Source of the DNA: Oikopleura dioica
Lineage: Eukaryota; Animalia; Chordata
Length of the DNA: 64,000 nucleotides
Assembly: GCA_907165135.1 (NCBI GenBank)
Contig: OU015567.1
Location: 12,586,001-12,650,000 of the forward strand
Direction of reading: 5' to 3'
A program made the position numbers and the translations under genes. Shown here piece by piece: positions 39,601 to 51,831 of this stretch. Under the pieces are notes generated by a model. The model was not told the origin of the DNA. It worked only from the letters and a program-made list of their open reading frames with translations, and ran no database searches. The first letter of the stretch is position 1. Every line of letters begins with the position of its first letter.

Positions 39601-42600
39601 TCCGGTGAATGGCCCTGTTCAATGACGAACTTGCCCCAATTTTCTGGCTCTTCTCGTGCGATCAATTCCATGTCTTGTTCGAAGTCTGAGTTGCCGGATG
39701 ATTCGCAATCGCTTTCAATATTTTGCGCGTCTTTTAACGAGTCCCCTCGGATTAGTCCTCGATCATCGGCTGACGAGTTTGACTCGTGGCGCTCAAGAGA
39801 GGAGTACTTCTTATTCTCAGAGTCGGTGTCTGTATCTGACTGTATTGAAGGCATCTTTCTCGGGCTAGATCCCTTGCGACCACGTTTTTCTGTCCTTCCC
39901 GGAAACAAACTCAAGAAACTTTCTTTCGAAAAGCTCTTTTTCGTCCCCTTTGTAGAGACCAATTTCTGTGGCAGTTCATGCTTTCTTTCGTCCATTAATC
40001 TCTTTTCCTTGACGAATTCTGGTTCATGATTGATTTGATGATGGGAATGATGAGGATGTGTTCCTTTTTGGTGATGATCCTTGATCACAATCGCCCTTCG
40101 GCGATCATCCTGGCTACTCAGCTTTCGACGATTCTGCGCCAAGACGGTTTCGATTTGAATAATTTCTTCTGGAGTTGCTTCAATGGGACGATGAGCGGAA
40201 TCGTTCATCTCATCACCGGAGAGTTCTGGCTCATCGATGTGCTCATATGATCGTGAGCGCAGGAGCTTTTCGCCGGTTTTAGATTCGACCAGATCAAGAA
40301 GATTTTGTTCTGACTCGTGCCATGAGTGGCGCCGTTCTCCACTGTTTAGGGTGTCGGAAAGATGCTAAAAAAGAGGATGAAGTTCATGTCGACAATAATG
40401 TGCGATTTGTCATTGGGTCGTCTGTGGATTAAAAAGAATAATGATCTTTATCGCTAACCTGTGCAATTATGGAACGCCTTTTGACGTCTGGCATAACATC
40501 AAAATCATCTGAAGAGTGTCGATGTCGCATTTTTACGGTGGCCACTTCAGCCACCGCTGCTGTCGCAGAGATAAGATCATCCGCCGAGTTGGGACGCGAG
40601 TCTGATAGATGCAGCGTTATTTGACTCGTCCGACGGTCGGGAAAATTTTCAACGTTGAGAAAACGCATGTCTCCGGAACTTGGATGCCCGTTAAATGAGT
40701 CGCTATCATCCACCAAGCGCTCGTTGTGGCCACAGAAGCTTCCTTCGTAGCCAAATTGATCTTCCGTCGATAGTAACGCGTTCTATAAACCAACAGATAA
40801 AAATAGAAAATCAAACAGAATTTGTAGAAGCTGGCAAATAATAATTAAAAATGAAAAAAAATAAATTGTTTTCTTTTATCAAAAAAGTATCAAATAGACG
40901 ACTAGTCGACTTGTGAGAAACGATGCCTTTTTCAAACTCACCTTGAATGACTTTACATTAGATCCTAGCCCCTTCTTCGTCGCTGGATCGGAAACATCAA
41001 TATCTATATTCACCGTGCCGTGCTCTGTATATCTCAAACATGCTCCTTCGTGCAGCTCGTGTGTGGCAAGTGGCTCTGTCTTGTATTTCTCAATGGCGTC
41101 CTCGTCCTCCAAAATCTGATAGAGCTGGTCGTACTTGAAGAAAATTTACGGAACGCGTCGCTATCGCCACCTTACCTGGCGAGAATCGGCCAAATCGCGC
41201 GGGTATTGGTCGTGTCGGTTGGGCACGTTCAGGCACAGTTCTGCTCCCGGCTAGAGAAAGGGATTTTCTGATATTGAAGTGATAGCTTCTCTTTTCGATC
41301 TGGGAAGATTATTGAGGGAAAGACTTGATTTTATATTTTTAAGAGAATGGTTGACATTTTATCGAGGAAACAATGAAATTATGTAGGATCGATAGGGACT
41401 TTTCTGGAATGCACAAACATAACCAAAATAGCGTACCTATCCGAAACTAAGCTTGGTGAAAATTCTCCTCGAAATCGTTATTTATATTCAGTAAACGAAA
41501 TTGTTTCAATTTTGTTGAAGAAATTGATCGAATAAAATCCCTTTGCTTATTGAATAAGAGTCTGATAAACTTGACAAGTCCAAGTCTGGCGCAAAAGTGA
41601 AAGAGCGTTTCGCGCGCCATCTGGTCCTTGTTATCGCCGAGTAAAGACCAACCATCTGGCTTTTTATGGGATGTTACAGTTTATCGCCTACAAGGCAAAA
41701 GGCAATACTTCAGTATTATCTAATAATTTTCGCATCCCGAAGCAAAAGAAGGTGATGAAAAGCGGCGCAGAGGCGATCGTCTAGCGTCGCGAAATCTTCG
41801 TCGCAGAGTGAAAATCCAGTGCCACGTATTTCATCCCAATCTTCCAGTGATTCCACGTCATGCACGGACTTGAAAAGGGGTTCAAAGTTCTGAATCTCTT
41901 GCGGTGATTAGGACGCTCTAAGTACTGTTTGGCTTGAACGCTCTAAAAATAGAAAAGGGGAATAATTAGGCCTCGGACGTAAAAAAGACGATTTTCACCA
42001 TCCGGTCATCGCACGGGAACATGAGAGGGCTCATTCGAAAGGTCTTGATAAGGGCTTTCTATTTGACCGATAAAAAAACTGGACCCTCCTTTTCTGTTAC
42101 GAGTTATTATGAAAAATATTTTTCGAAGCTTACCTTCAAAATCAAATATCTCGAAAAAGAAGGACAGGGCCCATTTTTTTTATAAGCCCAACAGAAAGCC
42201 CAGTTCAAGAGCTTTCGAATGAGCCTACTCTTGTTACCGTACGACGACCGGCTGGTGGTGATGATTTTTTACGTCCGAGGCCTAGGAATAATTGAACCGT
42301 TCCTTGGCGAGATAAACTGCCAAAAGTTGAGTCTGATCAGTTTGATACTTGAGTCTACCGATAGGAATGATTTCGATGCACTCGTTGACTGTCCCGAAGA
42401 AGATTAGTGATAAGCTGCATTCCTCGGCAGGCTCGTGCTCTGGAACAGCGCAGACTACGGCATTGGGGATTTTCGGATGTTGAATTGTGGAACATATGTG
42501 CCGTTGTCTTTTATGGGTAAATCCTTAATTGACCAGAGAAGCCGCGTGCGGCTTCGAGAAATAAGCATCATAGCCTGATTATTATTTTGCCCTTCCTTGA

Positions 42601-42726
42601 GCCTTCAATAGCCAGCAGAGTCGTCTTCTCCTGTCTCTTCAAGCTTTGATTGTCGATTCCTTCGATAATTAAGTCGATGCCTCCGCACACAGGGGCCACT
42701 CGAGGGGTAACAGTGTACCCTCGCAT
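36687..42726 (-). CDS. Lbc-family RhoGEF (ARHGEF28/RGNEF - AKAP13-like): N-terminal DBB-like region, DH-PH, coiled coil
   Basis: N-terminal LAIEGSR|QRHICSTI..CAVPEHEPAEECSLSL..LDDRLCAAFHHL resembles the ARHGEF28/AKAP13 N-terminus. DH start KERKRQENIYEFIKTEKKYSQALIVMRKMY..FFPQLKEL. Post-PH coiled coil SRIDHNDALLRDKLETRRKLQ. Confidence 0.85.
41967..42284. mobile_element. hAT-like MITE (318 bp) in a RhoGEF intron
   Basis: Perfect 20-bp TIR TAGGCCTCGGACGTAAAAAA extending into long imperfect arms; 8-bp TSD GGAATAAT at 41959-66 and 42285-92. Confidence 0.93.
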
Positions 42727-43380
42727 CACTCATAAACTCAGACTCTTTGCATCTGAAGACAAAAGGGATTGAGAAGGAGGAACGATAAGAAAGACCTCCA
42801 TGCGCGTCGCAGGATGATTATTCGGAAGAGCGCGCGCCACTGGGGGGATTTGCAGAACCGCGCAATATCGCGCCTTGCCCGCGGGCCAGCGCCTTATCTT
42901 CTCTATAGAAAATATTCTTGACACAAAAATATAATATTCAATAGCGAATTTGGCCTTGGAAACGCAGTTTTTAATAAAATCTCTCGATAAGGGTCTTTTC
43001 TAGGGATACGCCAAAATTCTGAGTTTAGGCAATCGTGTGAGTTGCTATTTGCTAACGGTGATGGCTGAGCACCATCTGGGCACCTATAATAGTTCTCTAA
43101 ATACGAAACTCGAAAGGCGCCTCGTTAGCAACACTCTTATCCGCAGTAATGATTTTCTAACTTTCGGAAGTTTATTTTCAGCAACGTTATTTCACCGTTT
43201 TACTGCACTAATTAGCGTATTCTCGGGCAACTTCAAGTGCGAAAATAATCATTAAATTTAAATTGGAAAGCAGTTTTATGTTTAAGGTTTGCTCCCTTTT
43301 TTTATTCTTTTTTTTAGTTGATAAATGTGCAAGAAGGGCAAAAGTAATATTCTCGGCAGGAGATGTAGAATTTGTTTAAA

Positions 43381-44170
43381 TTAGAGCACAATTGGATTGT
43401 CTTGTGATCCAGGAACAGTGAGATTTTGAGGACTTTCGTTTTCTTTCTCCTCGACCTCCTCGTCTTTTTCTGGCTTTTCTTCTTCGTCAGTTTTCTTGAT
43501 TTTTTTCTCCCGGATTTGTTGAGTGCAGTGGACGGTCGCTTGCAGCTGCTCAGCCATGGTTTTGGCGCTGTGATAACGAATCACTTCGTAGCGCCTTTTT
43601 GTCAGTTTTTTCATGAGTTTTGCTTTGTGACAGCGCTTGTAAAGGAGGCTCTTCATATTTACTTACTAGGAAAAAGCGATTCTAGCATTTTTAGTTTTAT
43701 CTGATTTTAGAGCCGTGCCCTCGCAGACAATCTTCTCGTCGTCTTCTTCTTCCAGCCTCCCCCATGTAGGTGAAAAGTCGGTAAAGCAGAAATGACACTG
43801 CATGTTCTCCAATGGCTGATTGCATTTCTTATCCCTAGAGAGTTTTGAAACTATCTTTTCCAGTCCAACAAGATAGAGAACATCTTGCCCTTTCATCGTG
43901 AAAATTCCAGAAGGGAAGAAAGGAGTGCCACTTTGTACGTCGTAGTCTTCTTCTCTCAGTTCGCTCCCGTAGCCGACTTCTGGTAAGGTTTCGACGAACA
44001 GGTCTTCTGCCAAATGTTTCACACGCTTTTCATGAAACTTAATAGTGTTTTAACACAAGGAAAGGGTCTTTTCGACGTTTTTGTACCTGAACTAATTCCT
44101 GAACGGGAACTTTGTGTTTGACTGGTGCTTTTTTCGCAAGATCTTCATCCCAATTAGGTTTGAAGGGCAT
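43381..44170 (-). CDS. GATAD2/p66-like protein (CR2 GATA-type finger region)
   Basis: PFFPSG..QDVLYLVGLEKIVSKL and CHFCFTDFSPTW..KIVCE match GATAD2 CR2 (NFLPSA..FIYLVGLEEVV; CAQCRTDFTPHW..ILCEQC). Confidence 0.7.
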
Positions 44171-44487
44171 TATTTGTCTGAAAACGTTTACGAAAGGGAT
44201 TCTCTATCAGGTATTACCTGTCTGGTTATTTATTGATTTAGAATTCGCGTGACTGGGTTCGTAATTTTGCCAAAAGCAAGTTTTCACGGTCAAAAAAATC
44301 TGAAATCGAGTATTTATCAGAATCGTTTTTTATTAGGTCAATTTCGTTAGATTAAATTTTGCTTTCACAAAGTATTTTTTGCATCAGAAGGGAATGAGAG
44401 AGTCAGTCAGCTGGGCAAGGTTACAGTTACTAAAACAGTGAATCGAATCAGAAATTATTCTAAAAGTAGCAGAAATTATTTAAGTAT

Positions 44488-45094
44488 CTAGTTGTTCTTC
44501 TTTATTTGTTCGATTTCAACATCAGCATATCTCATTGCCATGATTTCTTTTCTCGCTTGCCAGTTTTGCTTGAGTAAAAGGATGTTGATCACATAAGTTC
44601 CGATGCAGACAAGACAGACTGTTTTCAACAGCACAAGTACGTAGGCCAAGAAGAGGCTGAAAATTATTCTAACGCTTCTTTCCACAGAAAATCTAACCTG
44701 ATCACAATCGAAGCTAAAGAAATAATGAGCAAAACTTCTGCAGCAAAGACATTTTGCATGAGCACAAGTGGAATCATAAGGGAGTAGCTGACGATTCCGT
44801 ATAGGCTATTTTTCTGACAAAGGGGCGAATCTTCTCCCAGAATCGGGCAAATGAAGCCGAAGCCTTTTCCGTATTCGGAGTTGAAAGCAGTGGAGCAGGA
44901 TATTTTAAAAGAAGCAGAAGGCGAGGGAAAATCACAGGTAGCCTCGTGCTCTGGATTTTCTGAAGAAAATCTTGAATGAGGATTTAAAAAACGGACAGTA
45001 GCTAACCTGCAATTTTCTGGTCGACATCAAATGCGTAGTAAGAAATTCCAACTCCCAGAAGACACACAAATACTCTTGTCAACGTGCTCGTCAT
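44488..45094 (-). CDS. VKORC1: Vitamin K epoxide reductase (VKORC1/VKORC1L1 family)
   Basis: VCLLGVGISYYAFDV..ATCDF..ISCSTAFNSEYGKGFG..QKNSLYGIVSY and active-site CLVC in TVCLVCIGTYVIN. Confidence 0.92.
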
Positions 45095-45287
45095 TTTTTC
45101 TGTAATAACTGAAAAAAAAGGATTACTCAAATTTTTAATCTGATTAATTTTCAATTTCAAACATGCGAAAGAAGTTTCAAAACAGGCTCACAATAAGATA
45201 AGAGAGGCAACAAATAAACGAGGTACAGCGGGGTTTGAAAGTTTAACTTTTTAAAATTGCAGATTTTGAATCAGTTTCTCAATAAAA

Positions 45288-45907
45288 TTAATTGATTTCG
45301 ATAGACTTAGCGTCTTGAAGTTTCCTGGTGGCTGGGTCAGCTTGTAACAGAAACAGAATTTTATGAAGAAGAGCTTCTGTCGTTTCATTTTTGCTTTCAA
45401 GTTCGGAAATGCGCACTTTGAGCTCGTAAACTTCTTTTTCAATTCCGGCTGTTTCTTTGTGCAGTTTTTCCATCATTTCTTTTTCGGCGCGTTTCTTCTC
45501 TTCTTTTTCTTCTTTCTCGTAGTAAATGTAGGTGTAGTAAAGAATGCCCATTCCGACAACGAAATTGAAGATGAAGATGATCATATCGAACCAAGCCTCG
45601 ACGATTTCATTTTGATATTTTAGGTCTTCGAAAACTCTGCCCAGAATTGAATGATTTCAAGGGGAGTGAAAGGTTACCTTGCTGCTTTTTTCTCGGCGTA
45701 ATGTCCCTTGATCAGAGCATCGTACATCGATTTATTCATTTTCGCCTCGAGAATCTTGATCTCTTTCCCCATAAATGTAATGTTCATCCCTCGTACGAAC
45801 GGATAGCTCAAGAACTGGTACCAATACAGATTGTAGTTATAATTTAACTTCATGGGCCATGTTAAATCGTCGTAATTTTTCACTGCTTTCGGTGTAAAAG
45901 CGGGCAT
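45288..45907 (-). CDS. Single-pass membrane protein with C-terminal coiled coil, unidentified (further exons possible to about 46180)
   Basis: ORFs 45674..45907 and 45288..45584; TM IIFIFNFVVGMGILYYTYIYY followed by heptads. Confidence 0.6.
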
Positions 45908-46279
45908 TCTTTTCAGCCTAAAATTTTTAAGAAATCAAAAATTTTGAAAGTACAATTTTACCTTCTTTTGAGCGCATTTGCCAAAGGACTGGTGATCTTT
46001 GACAGCCCTACCTTGATTATCCACGGCACACCAGCCATCTCTACCTTCTTTCTTCGTTTTGTTCTTCTTTATTTCTCTAGAAATTAATCCTCCCCATTTG
46101 TTTGCTGAAAAATGTTCGATTCTCCGCGCGCGCTGATTGGTCCGCCGCCCCATTTTGCCAGACAGATTTCTCATTCGCTCTTTTCGAGAACTAGAAAATA
46201 TTATTATCAGTAAATCAGCGTTACAGTCATCTGAATTGTCAGAATATTTTTGAGACAAAAAATTGACTCACGTGATTAA

Positions 46280-46938
46280 GGGGGAGGTCGACGAGAATCG
46301 GGATTTCTGTAACCAAAAATCCGGAAAAACCTGCTTAGATAGGCAAATTCTGACTTTTCAGGTAGAAATAAAAGTGTTTGAAAAATACAGCGGCGAAAAC
46401 TAGAAAAAATTTTTTTTACGAAAAATTTTCAAAAAATTGGGTCAAAGTGGAGGTTACTCGTAACCAAAAAATCTCGAAAACGGGATTTTTTTTTCTTCGT
46501 CAAATTAAATAAATAGTAAGTTGAAACCCTTAAAAATACAGCGGCGACAATATGAAACGGGCTGCTTTTACTAAAAAAATTTTTTCTGTTGACTAAAAAT
46601 ATGCGATTTTCCTAAAAATCGTCATTTTTGCTCATTTTTCACGGAGAATTTTACCAAAAGCGCCGAGACTCGGAATTTTTTACTGAAAATAATAATAAAA
46701 CCATTTAAAAAGAATATCTAGTCAATAAAATCGGATTAAGATTGTTTTTGGCTGAAATAACCAACTTTTAAATTTTGTAAAATCTCGAATTCCAAACACA
46801 AAATCGTAAATTTTGTTAAAAAAAGTTAACAAATGCAAAAAAAGCTGGAGACCAAAAATGTTCCTTTTTTATTAAGGAATCCAAAAATATAACCATAATT
46901 TTGGAAAAGCGAAAAAATTTTTGTCGTCGACCCCCTCC
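46280..46938. mobile_element. Kolobok-like non-autonomous element (659 bp)
   Basis: TTAA on both flanks (46276-79, 46939-42); GG...CC termini; imperfect TIR GGGGGAGGTCGACGAGAA / GGAGGGGGTCGACGACAA (15/18); AT-rich interior with internal repeats. Confidence 0.75.
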
Positions 46939-47221
46939 TTAAGGGATAAGAACGTGATAATACCGCATATTTACACTTGGCGGAAATTGCAATCAGGAGC
47001 ATCAATTTCAAAATCAAAGATAACAGAGGTAGATGGAACTTGTTCAAAATGAATTTTTCGTGGAGGAGAAATTTCCAGTCAAACCAAAGAGGGCACAAAT
47101 TGAGACGCTGACCGCAAGGGCGGCAAAGGTCGGGATACAGTGATCTTACGTAACGTTACTGTTACTGTAACCCTTCTAGAAAATTGCGTTTGTAAGCAGT
47201 TCATAAAACAGGGTATCCCTT

Positions 47222-48400
47222 TTGAAGTTTTCATACTTTTCCATTCCCGAGCTTCGATACCTTCTGCAAACGGAAGACTTCAATGCAGAAGAAACTACAG
47301 TTACAGACGAAGAATACTGCGTCGTCCAACCCTTGTTGAAAAATATCTCTGGACGCATTTCAGTTTGCTACAATCAAGAGCTCGGCGGCTTTGTTATTAT
47401 TTTCCAAGTGTTCGATGAACTTTGGGTGAGTCTTTTCTGAATAAAACAGTAACGATTGGGGCAGATATCTTTTAGAGGAACAAACAGTCGCGATTTCGCT
47501 GACGGGGTGAAGGATATCCAAACAGACTTGAAAGTTAGCCAAGTTCAACCCCATTTCTTTCCCAAGGTCAATGTTCACCGCGGCTTTGCGGAGAGCTACG
47601 CCACCCTCAGGTAAGCGTTCTTCGTTGATTTCAATATCGACTTCATTTCTAAGGGATTATGTTTGGTACGAAGTTGAAAACACGACGAAAATCAATGCTG
47701 AATCGCGAAGAATGACGAGAATTAGAATTCTAGGGCACAGTCTCGGAGGTGCTTTGGCGACAATTTGCGCAGCTGATATTCGTTTCAATGCTTATCAAAA
47801 ATCAGCGAATCATTACAAACCTTCGATAAATGGTTCCATTATTAAAGTATCCTGCAGAACCTTCGGGTCTCCTGGTAAGTTTATCTTTTAGTAGCGTCGG
47901 ATCAAACTCGCTTATTTTAGCTGTTGGTGACGCCGAATTTGCGAATTTCTTCAACAACGAAGTCAAAGATTCCATCCGCTACGCCATCAAATTCGACCCT
48001 GTTACACTTTGCCTCTCTCCACTGAAAGAATACTCCCATGTGGCTCACTACTTAGAAATGGGAGACATCATTGGAAAGCACAAAATTGAGTACTACGTTG
48101 CCCAGCTGGAAGAATGGCATAAAACGCGAAAGTAAGAGATATGGAAAGAACTTGAATTATTTTGTTTTCCATAGAGTCAGCGAAATCAGCATAGAAGAGG
48201 AGCATTTACTGATGGCGGATACTCAGCACGATGATAATAGTGGCCCTCCAAAGATCATTATAGCCATTATGATTGGCATCTCTCTCTTCTTGTGGTCAAG
48301 AGTATTTTCAAGATACAAAAGACCTGGATTCAACATTTACCGTTTCATTCCCGAAAAGTGGCAGTACTTTATTCCTCCGTTCTTTAATCAAGAGTATTGA
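47222..48400 (+). CDS. Class 3 (fungal-type) lipase with C-terminal hydrophobic anchor; true start probably near 47025
   Basis: FRGTNS, VHRGFAESY, nucleophile elbow ILGHSLGGALATI, TFGSP|VGDAEFA, DPV; C-terminal KIIIAIMIGISLFLWS. Confidence 0.88.
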
Positions 48401-51400
48401 TTAATATTCAAACTTTTTTGAGAATAAACTTTTCTTCAGTTTTGCTTTCTAAAAAAGTTTATTTTTGATCAAAATATTGGAGCTGCAGTTTGAGGTCGTT
48501 TTAAAAAATAGGTAGCCCCGCAAATCGTTTAGGCGCTTTTCAGAGGAATTGAAACTGAATAATTGATCTCGAGGATAAAGCTGTTTTGGAACATGAAGTG
48601 CGTCATTATGGACAGACTAAATACTGTCGACTAAGCCTCTGTTAGGGAGAGGAGTCACTGGCGGAAAACCGAGAATGAATCTGAAGTTTTTTGGATAGCA
48701 CCCTCGCAGTTGGATAGAAACCGCGCTTTGGTGTCAGTGTCAGTTTCAAAACCATCTGTCGCGATGCGCATCACTTGCATAATTTGCTGTTCCCTGTGTG
48801 AATTTGTTTATTGCCTTTTCGGACAGAAGTGAGAGCAGACGAGCTGTCATCTCATTCTGAATCGCTTTTAATCTAGCTAAAAAAAGTGTGCATCCAACGC
48901 GAATGACAGTATGGCGACTATCCAATTTTAAACATTTAAAATGATCGAATAAGCGTGTCAGTACTAGCTAGACGAGGAAATAGTTTTGATTTAAAATTCA
49001 TGTGTCTATTTGTCACTGTTATTCATGTTGCTCGCGAAAACAGTCAGTCCAACTGTGTTTATCATTAATAATTGAGTGATACGCGTGTTAGACTGGAAAA
49101 CTACTATCTGTATTCACTTAAAATCAGTTCTTTATACGGTTAAAGCTCATTTTATTTTTTTTGCTTTATTTGAAAAGCACTTTCCCTGGGCCAAACTTTA
49201 CCCCTAGTGTAATCCGTATCCTTGTCTTCGAATAATTGAATGGTGTTTGGATTAACTCTGGAATTATTCATTCTTGAGAACAGGAAACTACTGTAGATAG
49301 GAAGAAGGAGGTGCTGAAACAATCTTGCTAATAATTAAATGTCTGTTTAGTTTCACCCAAAAATAACCATTCTCATCTAAAATTCTTTATCAAACAGACT
49401 TTCTGATGCAGTTTGAAATCAAGGAAGAGAACCCAAGCCAAAATGCTGCTTTACTGACGCCATTTTAGAAACTGAATTATGAATGCGTTTTACGAGAAGT
49501 TCTAATAAGATTCTTCCTCGATACGCGGGCTTATGCGAGGGGGCTACGGAGTCAGATGCCGCACGGGTCCGGGCGGAGCATGCGTGCGCCCTCACCCGGC
49601 CGAAATCGCGGCTCATTCATATTGAAATATGCACCGTTATCATTCCCGATATATTGACACTTTTAATCTTAGCTGGGCGCTCCGCAGCCGGCATCTCTCG
49701 GTTTCCCTGCAAAAATCGCCCTCGTTTGGAACGCGCCTAGGGCAAAGTCATTTTCGCCCGCGCGCTTGTCTCTTTTTACCTTTTCTTCTCAGAGAATTCG
49801 CCCATTCTTTTCATCTTAAGAGAGCTTCAGAAGAAAATTGACGAAGCGCTTTAGACAACGGCGAGGGAAATTGGCTTCATTGACGCCCTCTAGCCACGCA
49901 TTTTGCCGTCTTTTTTCTCTTTCTTTTTTTTTTCAGATGCACGTGACTAATAGTAGAATGTTTTCCACGGCGCGGCGCACTTGTCAGAGAAAGTTGTATT
50001 GTTAATTCTATTTTCTACGAGCACAACATAGTAACTATCCTCCAGATATCCAAACCAAGCTGGAGACAGTAAGGGACCAACTGCCTAATTTGGAGAGATG
50101 GAAATCAAAATTGCCAGAGAGTAAATGGGCCAGAAAAGAGGATGAGTGATAGAGAGAATTGATTGAGTGCGGACGAAGAAGTCACGAACGCGAAGATGGG
50201 GTCCTCCTCATCCCCTTTTTCACGCTGGCGAAACGCCAAACCGAGAATGACATCAGCTAAGATCGATTTTTTGCGCAGTTTAGCTCTGCCGAACATGCAC
50301 AGATAGAAAAAATGACTCCTTCTGGAACAGTTTATTAGTGACCCCCAGTTTTCATGTCCAGTTTTTAGAATAATACTCAGAATTATTTTTGTTGATGGAT
50401 TTTTTACTAATCAGCAACGATCATAATTATACGATTTCCCGTTGCGTCGAAAATCACGGAATCAAATCAGCTTTTCCAGAGACAGGTTTAGGAGGATCCA
50501 TCTCCGGACGTGTCAGTAATTACTATTCATGCGCTCATTTGTCAAAAGCACAATGCCTACTCGTGCAAGTTTTTGCGCCTAAACTATTATTCGACTGGGC
50601 AATATTCACCGAGCAGTCACCTGGAGGTATTCTAGCGCATGGAATATCGAAAAAAAAATTTCCTTCTTACCTTTTTTTATTCAATTTCGAGCTTAGCACT
50701 GAACTCATATTCCGCCTTTTTCGATTTTGTCTTTAGGCGAGTCCACTCAGTTAATAATAGTAACCCAGCAGACTTCCCCGGGGATCACTTTCTTTCCACT
50801 TTTAATATTCCGGAATCCGGATAATCTTGGCTTTTGACTTTGTTTCGGCGTGCACTTTACAGTCCACGCTCAATCATGACTCTTATCAATTCAAGAATTT
50901 CTTTACGGGGAGATTTTAGCCAATCAAAACGCCGTTTAGTCTACCCCATTCAAAATTCTTTAGAAAACTTACGAGTTTGACCAACTTTGATGCATCAATC
51001 ATATAAAATATGTACAGTAGTTCTTGGTAAAGTCGCTATAAAATTTTAAATAGGAGACAATGAGTACCCTTGGTCGATTTCCTCGAAAGAGACATCTCAT
51101 TAGTATGAGCCCTGGTATGTGGGTAATTAGGCCCTTGAAAAATTTATTGGCCTTGTTTAGAATCTATGGATAAGCCCTGTACGCTTCTGGTTCGACTGAT
51201 GAACTTTTCAAAATTTAAACAGGTTTACTAACGATCACGCTTTTTAGAAAGATTTTCGAAGTCGGTGAAAAACAAAGTCTCCTCGAATGCATGATTGATT
51301 GCAATGCACCCTGCTTTGCATGAGCTGCCTACCACTCGATTTGAATGTCCTTGGGAATCGGGTTTGTTTTATTTAATAACGAGCTACCAAATCCATAAAC

Positions 51401-51831
51401 CGCAAGAATTGATGGATCCTCCCGCCTGAGCCTAGGCGCCGGATCATTATTGTTGCTTAGCAATTAAACATCGGCCAATTTCATTAAATTCCATACTTGC
51501 ATCGCTATATTTAAACCCGATAACAAGTTGGCAAAGTGGCGACATTGGCCTATCTCGAAATTGGACTTCTCCAGGAATGGACTTGAAAGGCAATATTGAG
51601 CGGCAATTATACTCGTCTGCGGATGCGTTTTTGCAACATTATGAACCTTTAATTGGGATCAATCTAGCGGATAATCGGATTCTCCGACATGTAAAATCAG
51701 TCTCTCGGATGAGGATTTATAGCAGCCATCCGAAGGTGGATTTTAAGACATAGCCGGGTTATAAATTAAATTTGGCACAACTCACTGTTTATTGCATATT
51801 TTCAAGTCCTCGAAATAGCTGCTGAGATTGA

